64,000 nt of DNA from an uncultured Gemmataceae bacterium (GTDB lineage Bacteria > Planctomycetota > Planctomycetia > Gemmatales > Gemmataceae), in contig CAVVPN010000003.1 in the NCBI GenBank assembly GCA_963750165.1, forward strand, positions 1,408,001 through 1,472,000. The letters are read 5' to 3'. Under the pieces are notes generated by a model. The model did no database searches. It had not been told where the DNA came from and saw only the letters and a program-made list of their open reading frames with translations. How positions within the stretch are numbered: position 1 is the stretch's first letter; every line of letters begins with the position of its first letter. Shown here one piece after another: positions 21,805 through 32,259 of the stretch. The position numbers and the translations under genes were made by a program.

Positions 21805-21904
21805 TTGGCCACAGAGGACACAGAGAACACCGAGAGAAAATACAGAGAAACAATTCATTGGAATTGGGTTTTCTCTCGGTGTTCTCTGTGTCCTCTGTGG
21901 CTAA
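21805..21904. repeat. Nonamer-armed palindrome
   Basis: gccacagaggacacagagaacaccgagagaaaa / ttttctctcggtgttctctgtgtcctctgtggc; related arms at 38943-39097. Confidence 0.85.
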
Positions 21905-21928
21905 TACTTAACCGGAGAAACGCGCACA

Positions 21929-23575
21929 ATGGCGAAACAATTGCTCTACACCGACGAGGCCCGCAAGAAGTTGCTGCAAGGCGCCGACAAGCTCGCCCGC
22001 GCCGTCGGCAGCACCCTCGGGCCGACCGGCCGCAATGTCATCATCGACAAGTCGTTCGGCGGCCCCACCGTCACCAAGGACGGCGTCACCGTCAGCAAGG
22101 AAATTGACCTGCCCGATCCGTTCGAGAACATGGGCGCCAAGCTCGTCAACGCCGTCGCCCAGAAGACCAGCGACGTGGCCGGCGACGGCACCACCACCGC
22201 CACCATCCTGGCGCTGTCCATCTATCAGGAGGGCCTGCGCAACATCACCGCCGGCGCCAACCCGATGGCCGTCAAGCGTGGCATCGACAAGGCGGTCAGC
22301 GCCGCCGTCGAGAGCCTGGAAAGCCTGACCAGGCGGATTCCCCCGATCGACAAGGGCGGTCGGGAAATGCTGACCCACATCGCCAGCATCAGCGCCAACA
22401 ACGATCTGGTCATCGGCGAACTGATGGCCGACGCCTTCTCGAAGGTCGGCAAGGATGGCGTCATCACCGTCGAGGAGGGCAAGACCTCCGAGACGACGCT
22501 CGACTTCGTGGAAGGGATGCAGTTCGACAAGGGCTACATCTCGCCCTACTTCGTGACCAGTGCGCAGGACATGAAGTGTGAGATGGAAGACCCGCTCATC
22601 CTCATTTACGAGAAGAAACTGTCCGGCGTTCGCGACATGCTGCCGCTGCTGGAGAAGGTGGCGCAGGCCGCCAAGCCGCTGTTGATTATCGCCGAGGACG
22701 TGGAGAGCGAGGCGCTGGCGGCCCTGGTGGTCAACAAGCTGCGCGGCGTCCTGCAGGTGTGCGCGGTCAAGGCGCCCGGCTTCGGCGACCGCCGCAAGGC
22801 CATGCTCGGCGACATCGCCGTGCTGACCGGCGGCCAGTTCATCAGCGAGGACCTGGGTCTGAAGCTGGAGAACGTCACGCTCGACCAGCTCGGCAAGGCC
22901 AAGCAAGTGCGCGTCGAGAAGGAGAGTTGCACCATCGTCGCGCCGCCGGACAAGAAACAAAAGGGCTTGATCCAGAAGCGCATCGACCAGATCAAGGCGC
23001 AGATGGAGCAGACCGAGAGCGAGTACGACAAGGAGAAGTTCTCCGAGCGGTTGGCGAAGTTGACGGGCGGTGTGGCCATCATCCGCGTCGGCACCGCCAC
23101 CGAGGCGGACATGAAGCAGAAGAAGGCGCGCGTCGAGGACGCCCTGCACGCGACACGCGCGGCCGTTGAGGAGGGCACGCTGCCCGGCGGCGGCGTCGCC
23201 TGCATTCGCGCCATCCCGGCCGTCGAGGCCCTGGCCGGAAAGCTCAAGGGCGACGAGAAGGCGGGGGCCGAGATCGTGGCGCGGGCGCTGGAGAAGCCGG
23301 TGCGGGTCATCGCGGAGAACTCCGGCACCGACGGCGCGGTTGTGGCCGACGAGGTGCGGATCCGCGGTGAGAAAAACGCCAACTTCGGGTATAATGCCAA
23401 TACCGGCGCGTACGAGGACATGTACAAGGCCGGCATTGTGGACCCGACCAAGGTGACGCGGAGCGCGCTGCAGAACGCCGCCAGCATCGCGGGCCTGATG
23501 CTCACGACCGAGGTGATGGTCACCAAGATCGATGAGGACGAGCCCAAGAGCAAGGTGGCGGGCGCGGTCCGCTGA
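21929..23575 (+). CDS. groEL: Chaperonin GroEL, second paralog without GGM tail
   Basis: [38 protein letters not shown]. Confidence 0.97.
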   Translation: MAKQLLYTDEARKKLLQGADKLARAVGSTLGPTGRNVIIDKSFGGPTVTKDGVTVSKEIDLPDPFENMGAKLVNAVAQKTSDVAGDGTTTATILALSIYQEGLRNITAGANPMAVKRGIDKAVSAAVESLESLTRRIPPIDKGGREMLTHIASISANNDLVIGELMADAFSKVGKDGVITVEEGKTSETTLDFVEGMQFDKGYISPYFVTSAQDMKCEMEDPLILIYEKKLSGVRDMLPLLEKVAQAAKPLLIIAEDVESEALAALVVNKLRGVLQVCAVKAPGFGDRRKAMLGDIAVLTGGQFISEDLGLKLENVTLDQLGKAKQVRVEKESCTIVAPPDKKQKGLIQKRIDQIKAQMEQTESEYDKEKFSERLAKLTGGVAIIRVGTATEADMKQKKARVEDALHATRAAVEEGTLPGGGVACIRAIPAVEALAGKLKGDEKAGAEIVARALEKPVRVIAENSGTDGAVVADEVRIRGEKNANFGYNANTGAYEDMYKAGIVDPTKVTRSALQNAASIAGLMLTTEVMVTKIDEDEPKSKVAGAVR

Positions 23576-23577
23576 GG

Positions 23578-23668
23578 ATGACAAGGTGACCAGGTGACCA
23601 GGTGACCAGGTGACAGACGGCAACCCCGATGGTCACCTGGTCACTCGATCACCTGGTTACCTTGTCAT
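23578..23668. repeat. Octamer (ggtgacca) tandem/inverted palindrome
   Basis: atgacaaggtgaccaggtgaccaggtgacc ... ggtcacctggtcac..cacctggttaccttgtcat. Confidence 0.85.
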
Positions 23669-23679
23669 GGAGGATAAGT

Positions 23680-24837
23680 ATGGCCGGCGGCAAGCGGGAC
23701 TATTACGAAGTGCTCGGCGTCAGCAAGGAAGTCAGTGCGGAGGAGCTGAAGAAGGCGTACCGCACGCTGGCCATGAAGTACCACCCCGACCGCAACCACG
23801 GCGACGAGGAGGCGGCGGTCAAGTTCAAGGAAGCGGCCGAGGCGTATGAGGTCCTGAGCAACCCCGACAAACGGCAGCGCTACGACCGCTACGGCCACGC
23901 CGGACTCGGCGACGCTGCCGCTCCGCACTTCGAGAACGCTGAGGACATCTTCAGCGTCTTTGGCGACCTGTTCGGCGAAATCTTCGGCGGTGGTGGTCGC
24001 CGTCGGCAGCAGCAGCCCAGCGGCCCGCAGGCCGGCGACGACCTGGTGGCGCGGCTGGAGATCGAACTGATCGAGGCGTACCGCGGCTGCACCAAGTCGG
24101 TCACCATCCCGCGCGAGGAGCACTGCGACACCTGCCACGGCACCGGGGCCAAGCCGGGCACCAAGCCGGTGATGTGCCGGCAGTGCGGCGGCCGCGGCGT
24201 GGTGCAACTGGGCCACGGCTTCATCCGTATTCCGCAGCGCTGCGGCGCCTGCGGCGGTCGCGGCGTCATCATCACCGAGGTGTGCCCGAAGTGCCGCGGT
24301 CAGGCCCGGGTGGCCACGCGGCGCACCCTGGAGGTGACCATCCCGGCCGGCGTGGACAATGGCGCCCGCCAGATGCCGCCGCTGCGCGGCGAGGGCGGTC
24401 TCGGCGAACCGGGCGCAGCGCGCGGCGACCTGTACTTTGAAATCCACGTCAAACCGCACTCGATGTTCAAGCGGGACGGCGATCATCTGCTGTGCCAGGT
24501 GCCGATCGGCTTCAGCCAGGCGGCGCTGGGCGGCCCCATTCAGGTGCCGACGCTGGACGGCCCGATCACGCACGAGATCAAGAGCGGTCTCCAGAGCTAC
24601 ACGCGCATCGTGGTCCACGGCAAGGGCATGCCCACCGTGCGCGGCAAGCGCCGCGGCGACCTGTATGTCGAGCTGGTCATCGAGACGCCGACGCATCTGA
24701 CCAAACGGCAGGAGGAGCTGTACCGCGAGTTGGCCGAGATCGAGGGCAAGAACGTTTCGCCGCAGCGCAAGAGTTTCTTCGAGCAGTTGAAGGGCCTGTT
24801 CACCGGCGACCACGCGGAAGGGGCCAAAAAGCCCTGA
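23680..24837 (+). CDS. dnaJ: Chaperone DnaJ
   Basis: RDYYEVLG, HPD motif, G/F region, four CxxCxGxG-type repeats. Confidence 0.96.
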   Translation: MAGGKRDYYEVLGVSKEVSAEELKKAYRTLAMKYHPDRNHGDEEAAVKFKEAAEAYEVLSNPDKRQRYDRYGHAGLGDAAAPHFENAEDIFSVFGDLFGEIFGGGGRRRQQQPSGPQAGDDLVARLEIELIEAYRGCTKSVTIPREEHCDTCHGTGAKPGTKPVMCRQCGGRGVVQLGHGFIRIPQRCGACGGRGVIITEVCPKCRGQARVATRRTLEVTIPAGVDNGARQMPPLRGEGGLGEPGAARGDLYFEIHVKPHSMFKRDGDHLLCQVPIGFSQAALGGPIQVPTLDGPITHEIKSGLQSYTRIVVHGKGMPTVRGKRRGDLYVELVIETPTHLTKRQEELYRELAEIEGKNVSPQRKSFFEQLKGLFTGDHAEGAKKP

Positions 24838-24902
24838 GCGGAATGACAGTTGCAGATGCTTGCGTTGGACGGCCGGCCCTTTGCAATTGAGGGAGTAGCA
24901 CC

Positions 24903-25469
24903 GTGAGCGAAGCCAAGACCACCCCCGAGCAAAAGTCCGCGGCCGACGGCGCCACGCCGGAGCCGTCGCAGGCGACCGCCAGCCCGCAGGAACTCGCGGA
25001 GTTGCGCAAGTGCGCCGCCGAGCGCGACCAGTACCTGGACCTGCTGCAGCGCACCCGTGCCGACTTCGAGAACTACCAGAAACGCAACCGTCAGGAGCGC
25101 GAGCAGGAGCGGAAGTACCAGTATGGGCCGCTGGTGCGCGACCTGCTGCCGGTGTTCGACAACCTGCAGCGCACCATCGTGGCGGCGGAGCAGGCCGGCG
25201 AAAAAGGGCCGCTGGTGCAGGGCGTCCACATGGTGCAGGCGCAGTTTTTGGAACTGCTCAAGCGCCACGGCATCACGCGCATCGAGGCGCGGCCGGGCCA
25301 GCCGTTTGACCACAACCTGCACGAGGCCATCCAGCAGGTGCTGGCGCCCGGTCAGCCGCCGGACACGATTGTGCAGGTGGTCGAGTACGGTTTCTTGAAC
25401 CACGACCGGGTGCTGCGGCCGGCCAAGGTGGTCGTGTCCGCGGCCGCGCCGGCAAAATCGGAGCGCTAA
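24903..25469 (+). CDS. grpE: Nucleotide exchange factor GrpE
   Basis: RTRADFENYQKR, LLPVFDNL, FDHNLHEA, RVLRPAKVVV. Confidence 0.95.
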   Translation: MSEAKTTPEQKSAADGATPEPSQATASPQELAELRKCAAERDQYLDLLQRTRADFENYQKRNRQEREQERKYQYGPLVRDLLPVFDNLQRTIVAAEQAGEKGPLVQGVHMVQAQFLELLKRHGITRIEARPGQPFDHNLHEAIQQVLAPGQPPDTIVQVVEYGFLNHDRVLRPAKVVVSAAAPAKSER

Positions 25470-25507
25470 GCCGCCAGCGGCAGAAAGACGAGAAGAGGGG
25501 TCAAACC

Positions 25508-25852
25508 ATGCCAACCTACGAATATGTTTGTGACGCCTGCGGCCACCAGTTCGACGAGTTCCAGTCGTTCTCGGACGAGCCGTTGACGAAGTGCCCGGAG
25601 TGCAAGAAGAAAAAACTGCGACGGCTGTTCGGCACCGGGGCCGGCATCATCTTCAAGGGCTCCGGTTTTTACGAAACGGACTACCGCAGCGAATCGTACA
25701 AGAGTGCCGCCAAGAAGGACTCGGAGGCCGCCAAGCCCACTGCCGAGAGCAACGGTACGGCGAGCGGCGACAAGCCGGCGAACGGCGCCGGGGGGGCGAA
25801 GGACGCCGGCACCACAAAATCCGCGGGGAAAAGTCCCAAGTCCAGCACGTGA
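25508..25852 (+). CDS. FmdB-family zinc-ribbon protein
   Basis: MPTYEYVCDACG, CPEC, FKGSGFYETDY, low-complexity tail. Confidence 0.9.
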   Translation: MPTYEYVCDACGHQFDEFQSFSDEPLTKCPECKKKKLRRLFGTGAGIIFKGSGFYETDYRSESYKSAAKKDSEAAKPTAESNGTASGDKPANGAGGAKDAGTTKSAGKSPKSST

Positions 25853-25859
25853 GTTTCCG

Positions 25860-26057
25860 ATGATTAGGGTACGCTGCCCGATCTGTGACCGCCTGATGCA
25901 AGGCCAGGGACCGGCCGAGTGGCCGCAGTTCCCCTTCTGTAGCGACCGGTGTCGGTTGATCGACCTCGGCCGTTGGCTGGGCGAAGACTACCGCGTCAGC
26001 GATGACCCCACGGAGGAGTCGCCCGCGGAGTCGGACGCTGGGAACGATTCCCCTTAA
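25860..26057 (+). CDS. yacG: DNA gyrase inhibitor YacG
   Basis: CPIC...PFCSDRCRLIDLGRWLGEDY. Confidence 0.9.
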   Translation: MIRVRCPICDRLMQGQGPAEWPQFPFCSDRCRLIDLGRWLGEDYRVSDDPTEESPAESDAGNDSP

Positions 26058-26090
26058 GCCGGCCGGTCCTTCGGCCGTTCCCTCATAGAA

Positions 26091-26123
26091 GAGGCGTGGC
26101 TCTCCGGCCACGCCTCTCTTTTT
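26091..26123 (+). terminator. Rho-independent terminator of the chaperone operon
   Basis: gaggcgtggc-tctccg-gccacgcctc followed by tcttttt. Confidence 0.75.
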
Positions 26124-26135
26124 GCGCCCGGGTCA

Positions 26136-26188
26136 GAGCCCGAGCGCCAGCGCGGGGCCAAGTCGGCCCCGCGCTGGCGCTCGGGCTC
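26136..26188. repeat. REP palindrome, family gagcccgagcgccagcgcggg
   Basis: Near-identical copies at 33381-33443, 41800-41850 and 52298-52358. Confidence 0.9.
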
Positions 26189-26196
26189 GGAGCGCG

Positions 26197-27384
26197 TTAC
26201 GCCAGCAATTCCGCCAGCGCCTGCGCCAGCCGATCAATCTCGTCCGTCGTGTTGTAAAAGTGCGTCGAAACCCGCACGAGTGGCCCCTCCGGCCGCTCCA
26301 CGACCGGCGCCTCGATGCGTCGCTCCCACAACCCACGACGCAACTCTGGCGGCCGCACCTTCGCCGGCAACCGAAACGCCGTCAGAAAGCCGTGCAGTTC
26401 CGGGTGCGGCGGCGTCGCCAGCGTCATGCCGTGCAGTCCTTCCAGACGGCGGCGCGTGTAACACACCAGCTCCTCGTTGCGTTCGCGGATGTGCTGCGCA
26501 CCGAGCGCCGTTTGAAAATCGATGGCCGCCGGCACCGCCAACCAGGGGCATACGTCGCGCGTGCCCTCGAACTCCAGGAAGCGCAGCCGTGGTGTCGAGC
26601 CGAACTCGTCGGGCTCATCCGGCGCACGGCCGCGGTCGGGCCGCCAACCCCAGCTGACCTGCAACGGCTGCAACCGGTCCTCCTGTCCCGGGCCAATGTA
26701 CAGGAAGCCGGAGCCGCTCGGCGCCAGCAGCCACTTGTGACAGTTGCCGCCGTAGAAGTCGGCGCCGAGTCGGGCCAGGTCGAGCGGCAGCATCGCCGGC
26801 GCGTGCGCCCCGTCCACGACGCTGAGCACGCCACGCCGCCGCGCCGCCGCGCACAACTCGCGGGCCGGCAGCACCAGGCCGGTCGGCGACAGCACATGGC
26901 TGAAGAACAGCAGCCGCGTCCGCGGCGTCATGGCGGCCTCGGCGGCGGCGACGATTTCCGCGCGGTCATCGGCCAGGATCGGCAGCGGAAAGGTGCGGAT
27001 GGTCAGTCCCTGGCGCTGGGCGGCGCGTTCCCAGCACCAGTGCATCGCTCCGTATTCGTGGTCGGTCAGCAGGATGTCGCCGGGCGCCGCCAGCCGCAGC
27101 GATTGGGCGACGAGGTTGACGGACGTGGAGACGTTGGCGGTGAAGACGAGCCGCTGCGGCTCCGCGCCCAGGAATTGCCCGAGCCGCGTGCGTGCCTCCC
27201 ACAGCAGCGGCGGCAGTTGACGGAGGAAGAAATCCATCGGCTCCGCCGCGAGCCGCTGCCGCAGCGCGGTGGCGTACTCGAAGACCGGCCGCGGCAATGG
27301 GCCCCAGGAGCCGGTGTTGAGGTTGGTGACGGTAGGGTCGAGCAACATTTGCTCGCGGGCCTGGGACCAGAGGGTTTCGGACAT
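26197..27384 (-). CDS. Class V PLP aminotransferase (isopenicillin N epimerase/cysteine lyase-like)
   Basis: LNTGSWG, TDHEY, SHVLSPTG, VDGAHAP, GNCHKWL. Confidence 0.88.
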   Translation of the reverse strand: MSETLWSQAREQMLLDPTVTNLNTGSWGPLPRPVFEYATALRQRLAAEPMDFFLRQLPPLLWEARTRLGQFLGAEPQRLVFTANVSTSVNLVAQSLRLAAPGDILLTDHEYGAMHWCWERAAQRQGLTIRTFPLPILADDRAEIVAAAEAAMTPRTRLLFFSHVLSPTGLVLPARELCAAARRRGVLSVVDGAHAPAMLPLDLARLGADFYGGNCHKWLLAPSGSGFLYIGPGQEDRLQPLQVSWGWRPDRGRAPDEPDEFGSTPRLRFLEFEGTRDVCPWLAVPAAIDFQTALGAQHIRERNEELVCYTRRRLEGLHGMTLATPPHPELHGFLTAFRLPAKVRPPELRRGLWERRIEAPVVERPEGPLVRVSTHFYNTTDEIDRLAQALAELLA

Positions 27385-27425
27385 GCGCTCGATCCGGCTT
27401 TTCCGCTGTTGCTGGTGGGGTTAAG

Positions 27426-27693
27426 ATGATACCAACTGGAATAAGCTATCGGGACGCCGCGTTTCCGGCGAGGGCAAAAAACGTGCTCGCGAAACCCATC
27501 GACGCCCAGGTCATCAACGGCCACCTCCACCACCAGGACCGGTGACGAACCGCCGGACCATTTGGAGGTGGAAAAGGATATTTACGTGCCCATGCCCTTT
27601 CAGCGTGGGACGTTGCCGCACAGTGCGATTCTTCCCGGAGGACCCCTGGAGCCGTGCCTCATCGTGCCGGAGGATTGGGCCGATGGCGAATGA
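27426..27693 (+). pseudogene. Broken small gene overlapping the next remnant
   Basis: Lower-GC stretch; C-terminal reading LEVEKDIYVPMPF..PLEPCLIVPEDWADGE* overlaps the next ATG. The 5' part is in a different frame. Confidence 0.35.
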
Positions 27694-27971
27694 CTACCCC
27701 TGGTACGCGGCCGTGGCGGAAAGTCACCTGGAACAGGGCAATTTGTTCCAGGGGTGTCCTGGTCTCCCCCCGTTGTGGCCTGGTCTCCGGACCAGGCCAC
27801 GACCATGACCGAAGGTCTCCTCTTCAAGCGCCTGGCACTCGGGGAGACCTTCGGTCGGGGCCCGTGGCCTGGTCCGGAGACCAGGCCACAACGGAGGCGG
27901 CCACAACGGAGGCGGCGTTCGCCCGCTTCTTCAGGCGGGTCGGTTTGCCCATCGACGTACCGCCGTTCTGA
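27683..27971 (+). pseudogene. Remnant of a hypothetical gene whose centre is replaced by a REP composite
   Basis: N-terminus MANDYPWY..LEQGNLFQGCP and C-terminus AFARFFRRVGLPIDVPPF* lie in different frames either side of the repeat. Confidence 0.55.
27772..27892. repeat. 121-bp composite REP palindrome
   Basis: gttgtggcctggtctccggaccaggccac..gaccgaaggtctcc..ggagaccttcggtc..gtggcctggtccggagaccaggccacaac; homologous to 11389-11510. Confidence 0.9.
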
Positions 27972-27991
27972 TGCTTCAGAAATCAAAGCGG

Positions 27992-28849
27992 TCAGGTCCG
28001 CGCGAACGGCACCACCCACGGGTGCCGTTCGATCAGCCGTCGCACCAGTTCCGGGTCGGGCGTGAACGGATTGAGCGGCACGCGCGGCGGCGGCAGCACA
28101 TGACTGGCGGCGAACGGCGTCTCGCGCACCTTGCGGTTGTACGCCTCCACCATCAGCGTTTCCAGGTTGATCGTGTCCTGCAGGTTGTACGCCAGCAGCG
28201 TCTCCAGCGCCGCCCGACTGCGGTGCTTGCGGTACTCCTGCCACAGCAGCACCGCCACGTAGCCGTCCACCTGCTCCAGCCCGGGGCGCTGAATCCCCAG
28301 CAGTTTCTCGCAGTTTTTCAGGCCACCCGTCAGGCCGAGGCTGCGCAGGATGTAACGCAGGTCGATGTGCGCTTGCGGAAACGTCATGCCGAACTGCCGC
28401 TGCAAAAACGGCAGGTCGAACGAGGCGCCGTTGTAGGTCACCAGCACACGATAGCCGGCCGCCGCCGCAGGGAAGTCGCTGAGGTTCTCGCCGTGGATGA
28501 AGTAGCGCACCGTGCGGCCGTCGAACAGCGCCACCGTCGTGACGTGGTCGCCGGGCTGGCCCAGGCCGGTCGTCTCGATGTCGAGGTAGGCGCAGCCGCC
28601 GCGGAAGTCGCCGAACAGCCGCCAGTGCTGGCTGGCCTGGAGGCGGTCGGCGAAGTAGCGTGGATCGCCCTGTTCCCAGTGGTGTAGCGACTCCTGCAAA
28701 TGCTCCGCCGCCGACTTGCGCACCGCCGGATATTTCGCGGACTGGGCCTGCGCCAGCAGCGCCGCCCAGGATGTGACGCCAGCCTCCCACAGCTTTTGTT
28801 CGCTGCGGGGGCCGATGCCGGGCAGGTGGCAGAAGGTGTTGCGTAGCAT
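27992..28849 (-). CDS. RNase H-like DEDD exonuclease (YprB-like)
   Basis: HLPGIG HhH start, YLDIETTGL, VTYNGASFDLPFL, HIDLR, YNLQD. Confidence 0.85.
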   Translation of the reverse strand: MLRNTFCHLPGIGPRSEQKLWEAGVTSWAALLAQAQSAKYPAVRKSAAEHLQESLHHWEQGDPRYFADRLQASQHWRLFGDFRGGCAYLDIETTGLGQPGDHVTTVALFDGRTVRYFIHGENLSDFPAAAAGYRVLVTYNGASFDLPFLQRQFGMTFPQAHIDLRYILRSLGLTGGLKNCEKLLGIQRPGLEQVDGYVAVLLWQEYRKHRSRAALETLLAYNLQDTINLETLMVEAYNRKVRETPFAASHVLPPPRVPLNPFTPDPELVRRLIERHPWVVPFART

Positions 28850-28964
28850 CAACGGCGTTCCTGGCCAGAAACGGCGACGAATCGTTTCCCCCGATTGTAT
28901 AACAATCCTTGCCGTCATGCCTCCCCACCCCACCGAACCAACCCCGACCAAGGAGCCCTCTGTC

Positions 28965-30242
28965 ATGAAACGCACTGTCTTCGCCCTGCTCGTGCTCGTG
29001 TCCCTCAGCGCCGTCCCGTTCGCTGCGGCGGACGACTGGCCGAACTGGCGCGGCCCCGGCGGCATGGGCCACACCACCGAAAAGAACTTGCCACTGACCT
29101 GGGGCGGCAAGGACGGCGCCAAGGTGCTCTGGAAGGCGCCGCTGTACGACCCCACGGTCAAGCTCAACCTCGACCAGAACCAGTCCAGCCCGGTCGTCCG
29201 CGCCGGCCGCGTTTACGTCACGCTCTCCTACTGGCCGGCGGGGGTGAGCCAGGACAAATACCCCGAACACCACGTCCTCTGTTTCCGCGCCGCGGACGGC
29301 AAGCGCCTGTGGGACACGGTGGTGCCGCCAGGACCGTGGCTGCTGAAGGATCTGCGCGGCGGCTACACGGCGCCGACGCCGGCGGTGGACGGCGAGCGCG
29401 TCTACGTGGCGTTCGGCTCCGCGGTGGTCGCGGCGCTGGACCTGGACGGCAAGCTCATCTGGCGCAAGGAAATCAAGCCGCATTTCTTCGACGTGGCCTT
29501 CGCCGCCAGCCCGGTGCTGTACCGCGGCAACATACTGGTGATGTGCGAGCAACTCGCGGACAAGTCCACGCTGCTGGCGTTCGACCGCAAGACGGGCAAC
29601 CTGGCCTGGGAGAAGAAGCGGCCGGGCGCCGACTGGACGCACAGCACGCCGGTGCTCGCCCAGGTGAACGGCAAGCCGCAGCTGCTGGTGGCGGCGGCCA
29701 AGGCGGTGCAGGGGCTCGACCCGGACAATGGCGCCATCCTCTGGACGTGCAAGACAGGGGGTGAGCGGACGGGCGACACGCCGTCGCCGGTATACGGCGG
29801 TGGTCTGGTCTACTGCGACAGCGGCCGCGGCGGCCCCGGTGTGGCGGTCGATCCGACCGGCCGCGGCGACGTGACCGCGACGCACCTCAAGTGGACGATC
29901 CAGGGTGTGCCACAGGGCTTCTCCTCGCCGGTCATCGTCGGCGACTATTTGTATCGCGTCCACGCGCCGGGCGTGCTGAAGTGCTGGCAGCTGGCGACTG
30001 GCAAGCAGGTGTATTCGCAGCGGCTGGAGGGTGTGTCCACCAGTTCCAGCCCGATCGCGACGGCGGACGGCCGGCTGTACTTCGCCAGCGCCGGCAAGAG
30101 CTACGTCGTGCAGGCGGGGCCGAAGTTTCAGGTGCTGGCGGTCAACGACCTGGGCGACGCCAGCCAGGCATCGGCGGCGGTGGCGGACGGGCGCATCTTC
30201 CTCAAGGGCGGCCGCAACCTGTATTGCATCGGGAAGAAGTGA
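28965..30242 (+). CDS. Secreted PQQ-like beta-propeller protein
   Basis: AAGGAG RBS, signal peptide, DWPNWRGP, repeated SSP/STP..G..W blades. Confidence 0.9.
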   Translation: MKRTVFALLVLVSLSAVPFAAADDWPNWRGPGGMGHTTEKNLPLTWGGKDGAKVLWKAPLYDPTVKLNLDQNQSSPVVRAGRVYVTLSYWPAGVSQDKYPEHHVLCFRAADGKRLWDTVVPPGPWLLKDLRGGYTAPTPAVDGERVYVAFGSAVVAALDLDGKLIWRKEIKPHFFDVAFAASPVLYRGNILVMCEQLADKSTLLAFDRKTGNLAWEKKRPGADWTHSTPVLAQVNGKPQLLVAAAKAVQGLDPDNGAILWTCKTGGERTGDTPSPVYGGGLVYCDSGRGGPGVAVDPTGRGDVTATHLKWTIQGVPQGFSSPVIVGDYLYRVHAPGVLKCWQLATGKQVYSQRLEGVSTSSSPIATADGRLYFASAGKSYVVQAGPKFQVLAVNDLGDASQASAAVADGRIFLKGGRNLYCIGKK

Positions 30243-30256
30243 CCACGCTGTTGACC

Positions 30257-30282
30257 TGGGGCAGACATTCCTGTCTGCCCCA
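30257..30282. repeat. Short REP-like hairpin between convergent genes
   Basis: tggggcagaca-ttcc-tgtctgcccca. Confidence 0.7.
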
Positions 30283-30296
30283 CGTCCGCGCGATGT

Positions 30297-32078
30297 TCAC
30301 GCTGGACGTGCCTGCGCCCGCTTCTTCTTTCGCTTGCGCGGCCGGTCGTCCTCTTCCTCCTTCTTCTTGCGCCGCACCACCAGGAACGGAAAATAGTCCG
30401 GCTGGAAGATCGCCATCGCCACCTCCAGCACGACCACCGCCACCAGCAGGGCGATCAGGATCCACAACCACGTCAGGTTCTTTTCCGGCACGTCGGTGCG
30501 GATCGGTTTGCCCGCCGCGGAGTCCTTGCTGACGGCGGTTGACAGCACGGGCGTCTTTTCCACCTTTTTGGCCGGCGGCGGCTGCTTCGGCGTCTTCTCC
30601 TTCTCCACGGGCTCTTGCAAGATGGGTGGCGAGGTGGTTTGCTTCTCCGTCGGTAGCTTTTCCACGATCTGCTGCGTGAGCGACTCGGGGTGGAACGGCA
30701 AGGCGCTGGCCAGATCCTGCGTGAAGTTGGCGCGCTTGAGGAACAGCAGTGCCAGGCAGGTGTCAATGGGCACGGCGGCGCCGTGGTAGCCGCCGTCCTG
30801 CCAGTGGCCGTCGCGGTCCTGGTTGGCGACCAGGATTTCCGCGCCCCACAGATACCAATCCTTGGTGCCCAGTTTGGGCAGACTGTACAGCACCGCCACG
30901 CGCTCCACCGACCACAGGAAATACAGGTTGCCCCTTGGCAGGTTCTCCAGCCGGCCGGTCGGGCGGCCGATGTAGCGGTCCAGGGCCGCGAAGCCGTTCA
31001 CCACCCGCGGATCCTGCTTCTGGCGGGCGCGCTCCTGCGCCGCGGCGATACGCTCGCGGAGTGTGCGCTCCAGCGGCGGCACCAGCGACAGCGGTCGCGG
31101 CACTGCCACCAGGGCGGCGACCTCCCGCGGTTGCAGCGGCAGCGGGGGGACCTTCGCCGGCGGCTTCGGCTGGGCCAGACCGTGGCCGATGGCCAGCCCG
31201 AGCAAACCGACGCAGTTCATCGCAGGCCGGTGCTGACCGCTGCCGCCATAGCGGTAGTGGTAGTCCCAGCTGCCGTCCTGGTTTTGGCTCGTCTCAAAGC
31301 GGCGCGCGATCAGCTTCAGGCTGCGCTGCACCGGGATGTCGTGGCGGCCCGCCGCCCACAGCGCGAGGATGGCGAACTGCGTGTTCGAGTTGTCCGTGGT
31401 GCCGAGCTGCGGCTCCTGCGACTTGTCCTTCGGATCCTCATTCACCAGGTCGGCCGGATTCTGAAAGATCGGCAGGCTCTTCCAGTACGCCGGCGTCTTG
31501 GCCGGGGTCAAATTCTTCATCTTCAAGTAGGCCATCAGGGACCGGTGCTGGTCGGCGTCGAGGACGGGACAGCGGTAGCTCCAGCCGCCAGTCGGCGTCT
31601 GCCCCGCGATCAACCGTAGGCTCAACGCCTCGATCCACAGCCGGTCAGTCTTGTTTTTCCTGTCCGCCAGCCGGTCCAGGAACAGGATCGCCAGGGCCAG
31701 CTCGTAGGTCCGGTCGAGTTTATCGATGTTGTAGCGGACAAACTGGGCGGCGCGCTGCACGGCGGGGTCACTGGCCGGCACGCCGCACTCCAGGAGCGTC
31801 AGGCCGGGCAGGGCGGCGTAGCCGACGCGATGCGCCCCCTTCTCGTCCGCCCAGGTGCCGGTGGGGTACTGCGTGCTGCGCAAATAACGCACGCCCTTGT
31901 CGATGGCGATGTTCACCCGGCGCTGGACCTCGGGTTCCAGCTGCGGCGGGTCCGCCCGGAGTGCGGCGGGACGGGCCCCTCCGAGCAGGGCGGCACCGGC
32001 GACCGACGCCAGAAGCAGGGCAAGCCGAGCGGGGCACGGGTTGACGCGGGGCGGGCGGGTCGTCCAGAGAGCGGACAT
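30297..32078 (-). CDS. Exported prenyltransferase/squalene-oxidase-repeat protein with C-terminal TM anchor
   Basis: Signal peptide, QW-like repeats (QTPTGGWSY, QNQDGSWDY, QDRDGHW), DNSNTQF, then TM and a basic tail. No DXDD motif. Confidence 0.8.
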   Translation of the reverse strand: MSALWTTRPPRVNPCPARLALLLASVAGAALLGGARPAALRADPPQLEPEVQRRVNIAIDKGVRYLRSTQYPTGTWADEKGAHRVGYAALPGLTLLECGVPASDPAVQRAAQFVRYNIDKLDRTYELALAILFLDRLADRKNKTDRLWIEALSLRLIAGQTPTGGWSYRCPVLDADQHRSLMAYLKMKNLTPAKTPAYWKSLPIFQNPADLVNEDPKDKSQEPQLGTTDNSNTQFAILALWAAGRHDIPVQRSLKLIARRFETSQNQDGSWDYHYRYGGSGQHRPAMNCVGLLGLAIGHGLAQPKPPAKVPPLPLQPREVAALVAVPRPLSLVPPLERTLRERIAAAQERARQKQDPRVVNGFAALDRYIGRPTGRLENLPRGNLYFLWSVERVAVLYSLPKLGTKDWYLWGAEILVANQDRDGHWQDGGYHGAAVPIDTCLALLFLKRANFTQDLASALPFHPESLTQQIVEKLPTEKQTTSPPILQEPVEKEKTPKQPPPAKKVEKTPVLSTAVSKDSAAGKPIRTDVPEKNLTWLWILIALLVAVVVLEVAMAIFQPDYFPFLVVRRKKKEEEDDRPRKRKKKRAQARPA

Positions 32079-32259
32079 GCAGGCACTCCTTGGATGCGGG
32101 CGCCACGGAGAATCAGATGGGTTCGACCCAGACCAACGGTCCCGGACACCGACACTGGTTTCAGAAGGGCGCGAACGACAACCAGAAGGGTGAACGGGCC
32201 TTTTCCGAATGATGAATGAAAGAATTGTACAATACTGCCGTCGGGTGGGAAAGAAAAAA

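Noticed and set aside
30297..32078. Prenyltransferase-repeat protein as a second terpene cyclase
   Set aside because: Lacks DXDD, is exported and membrane anchored, and is far from the terpenoid genes.
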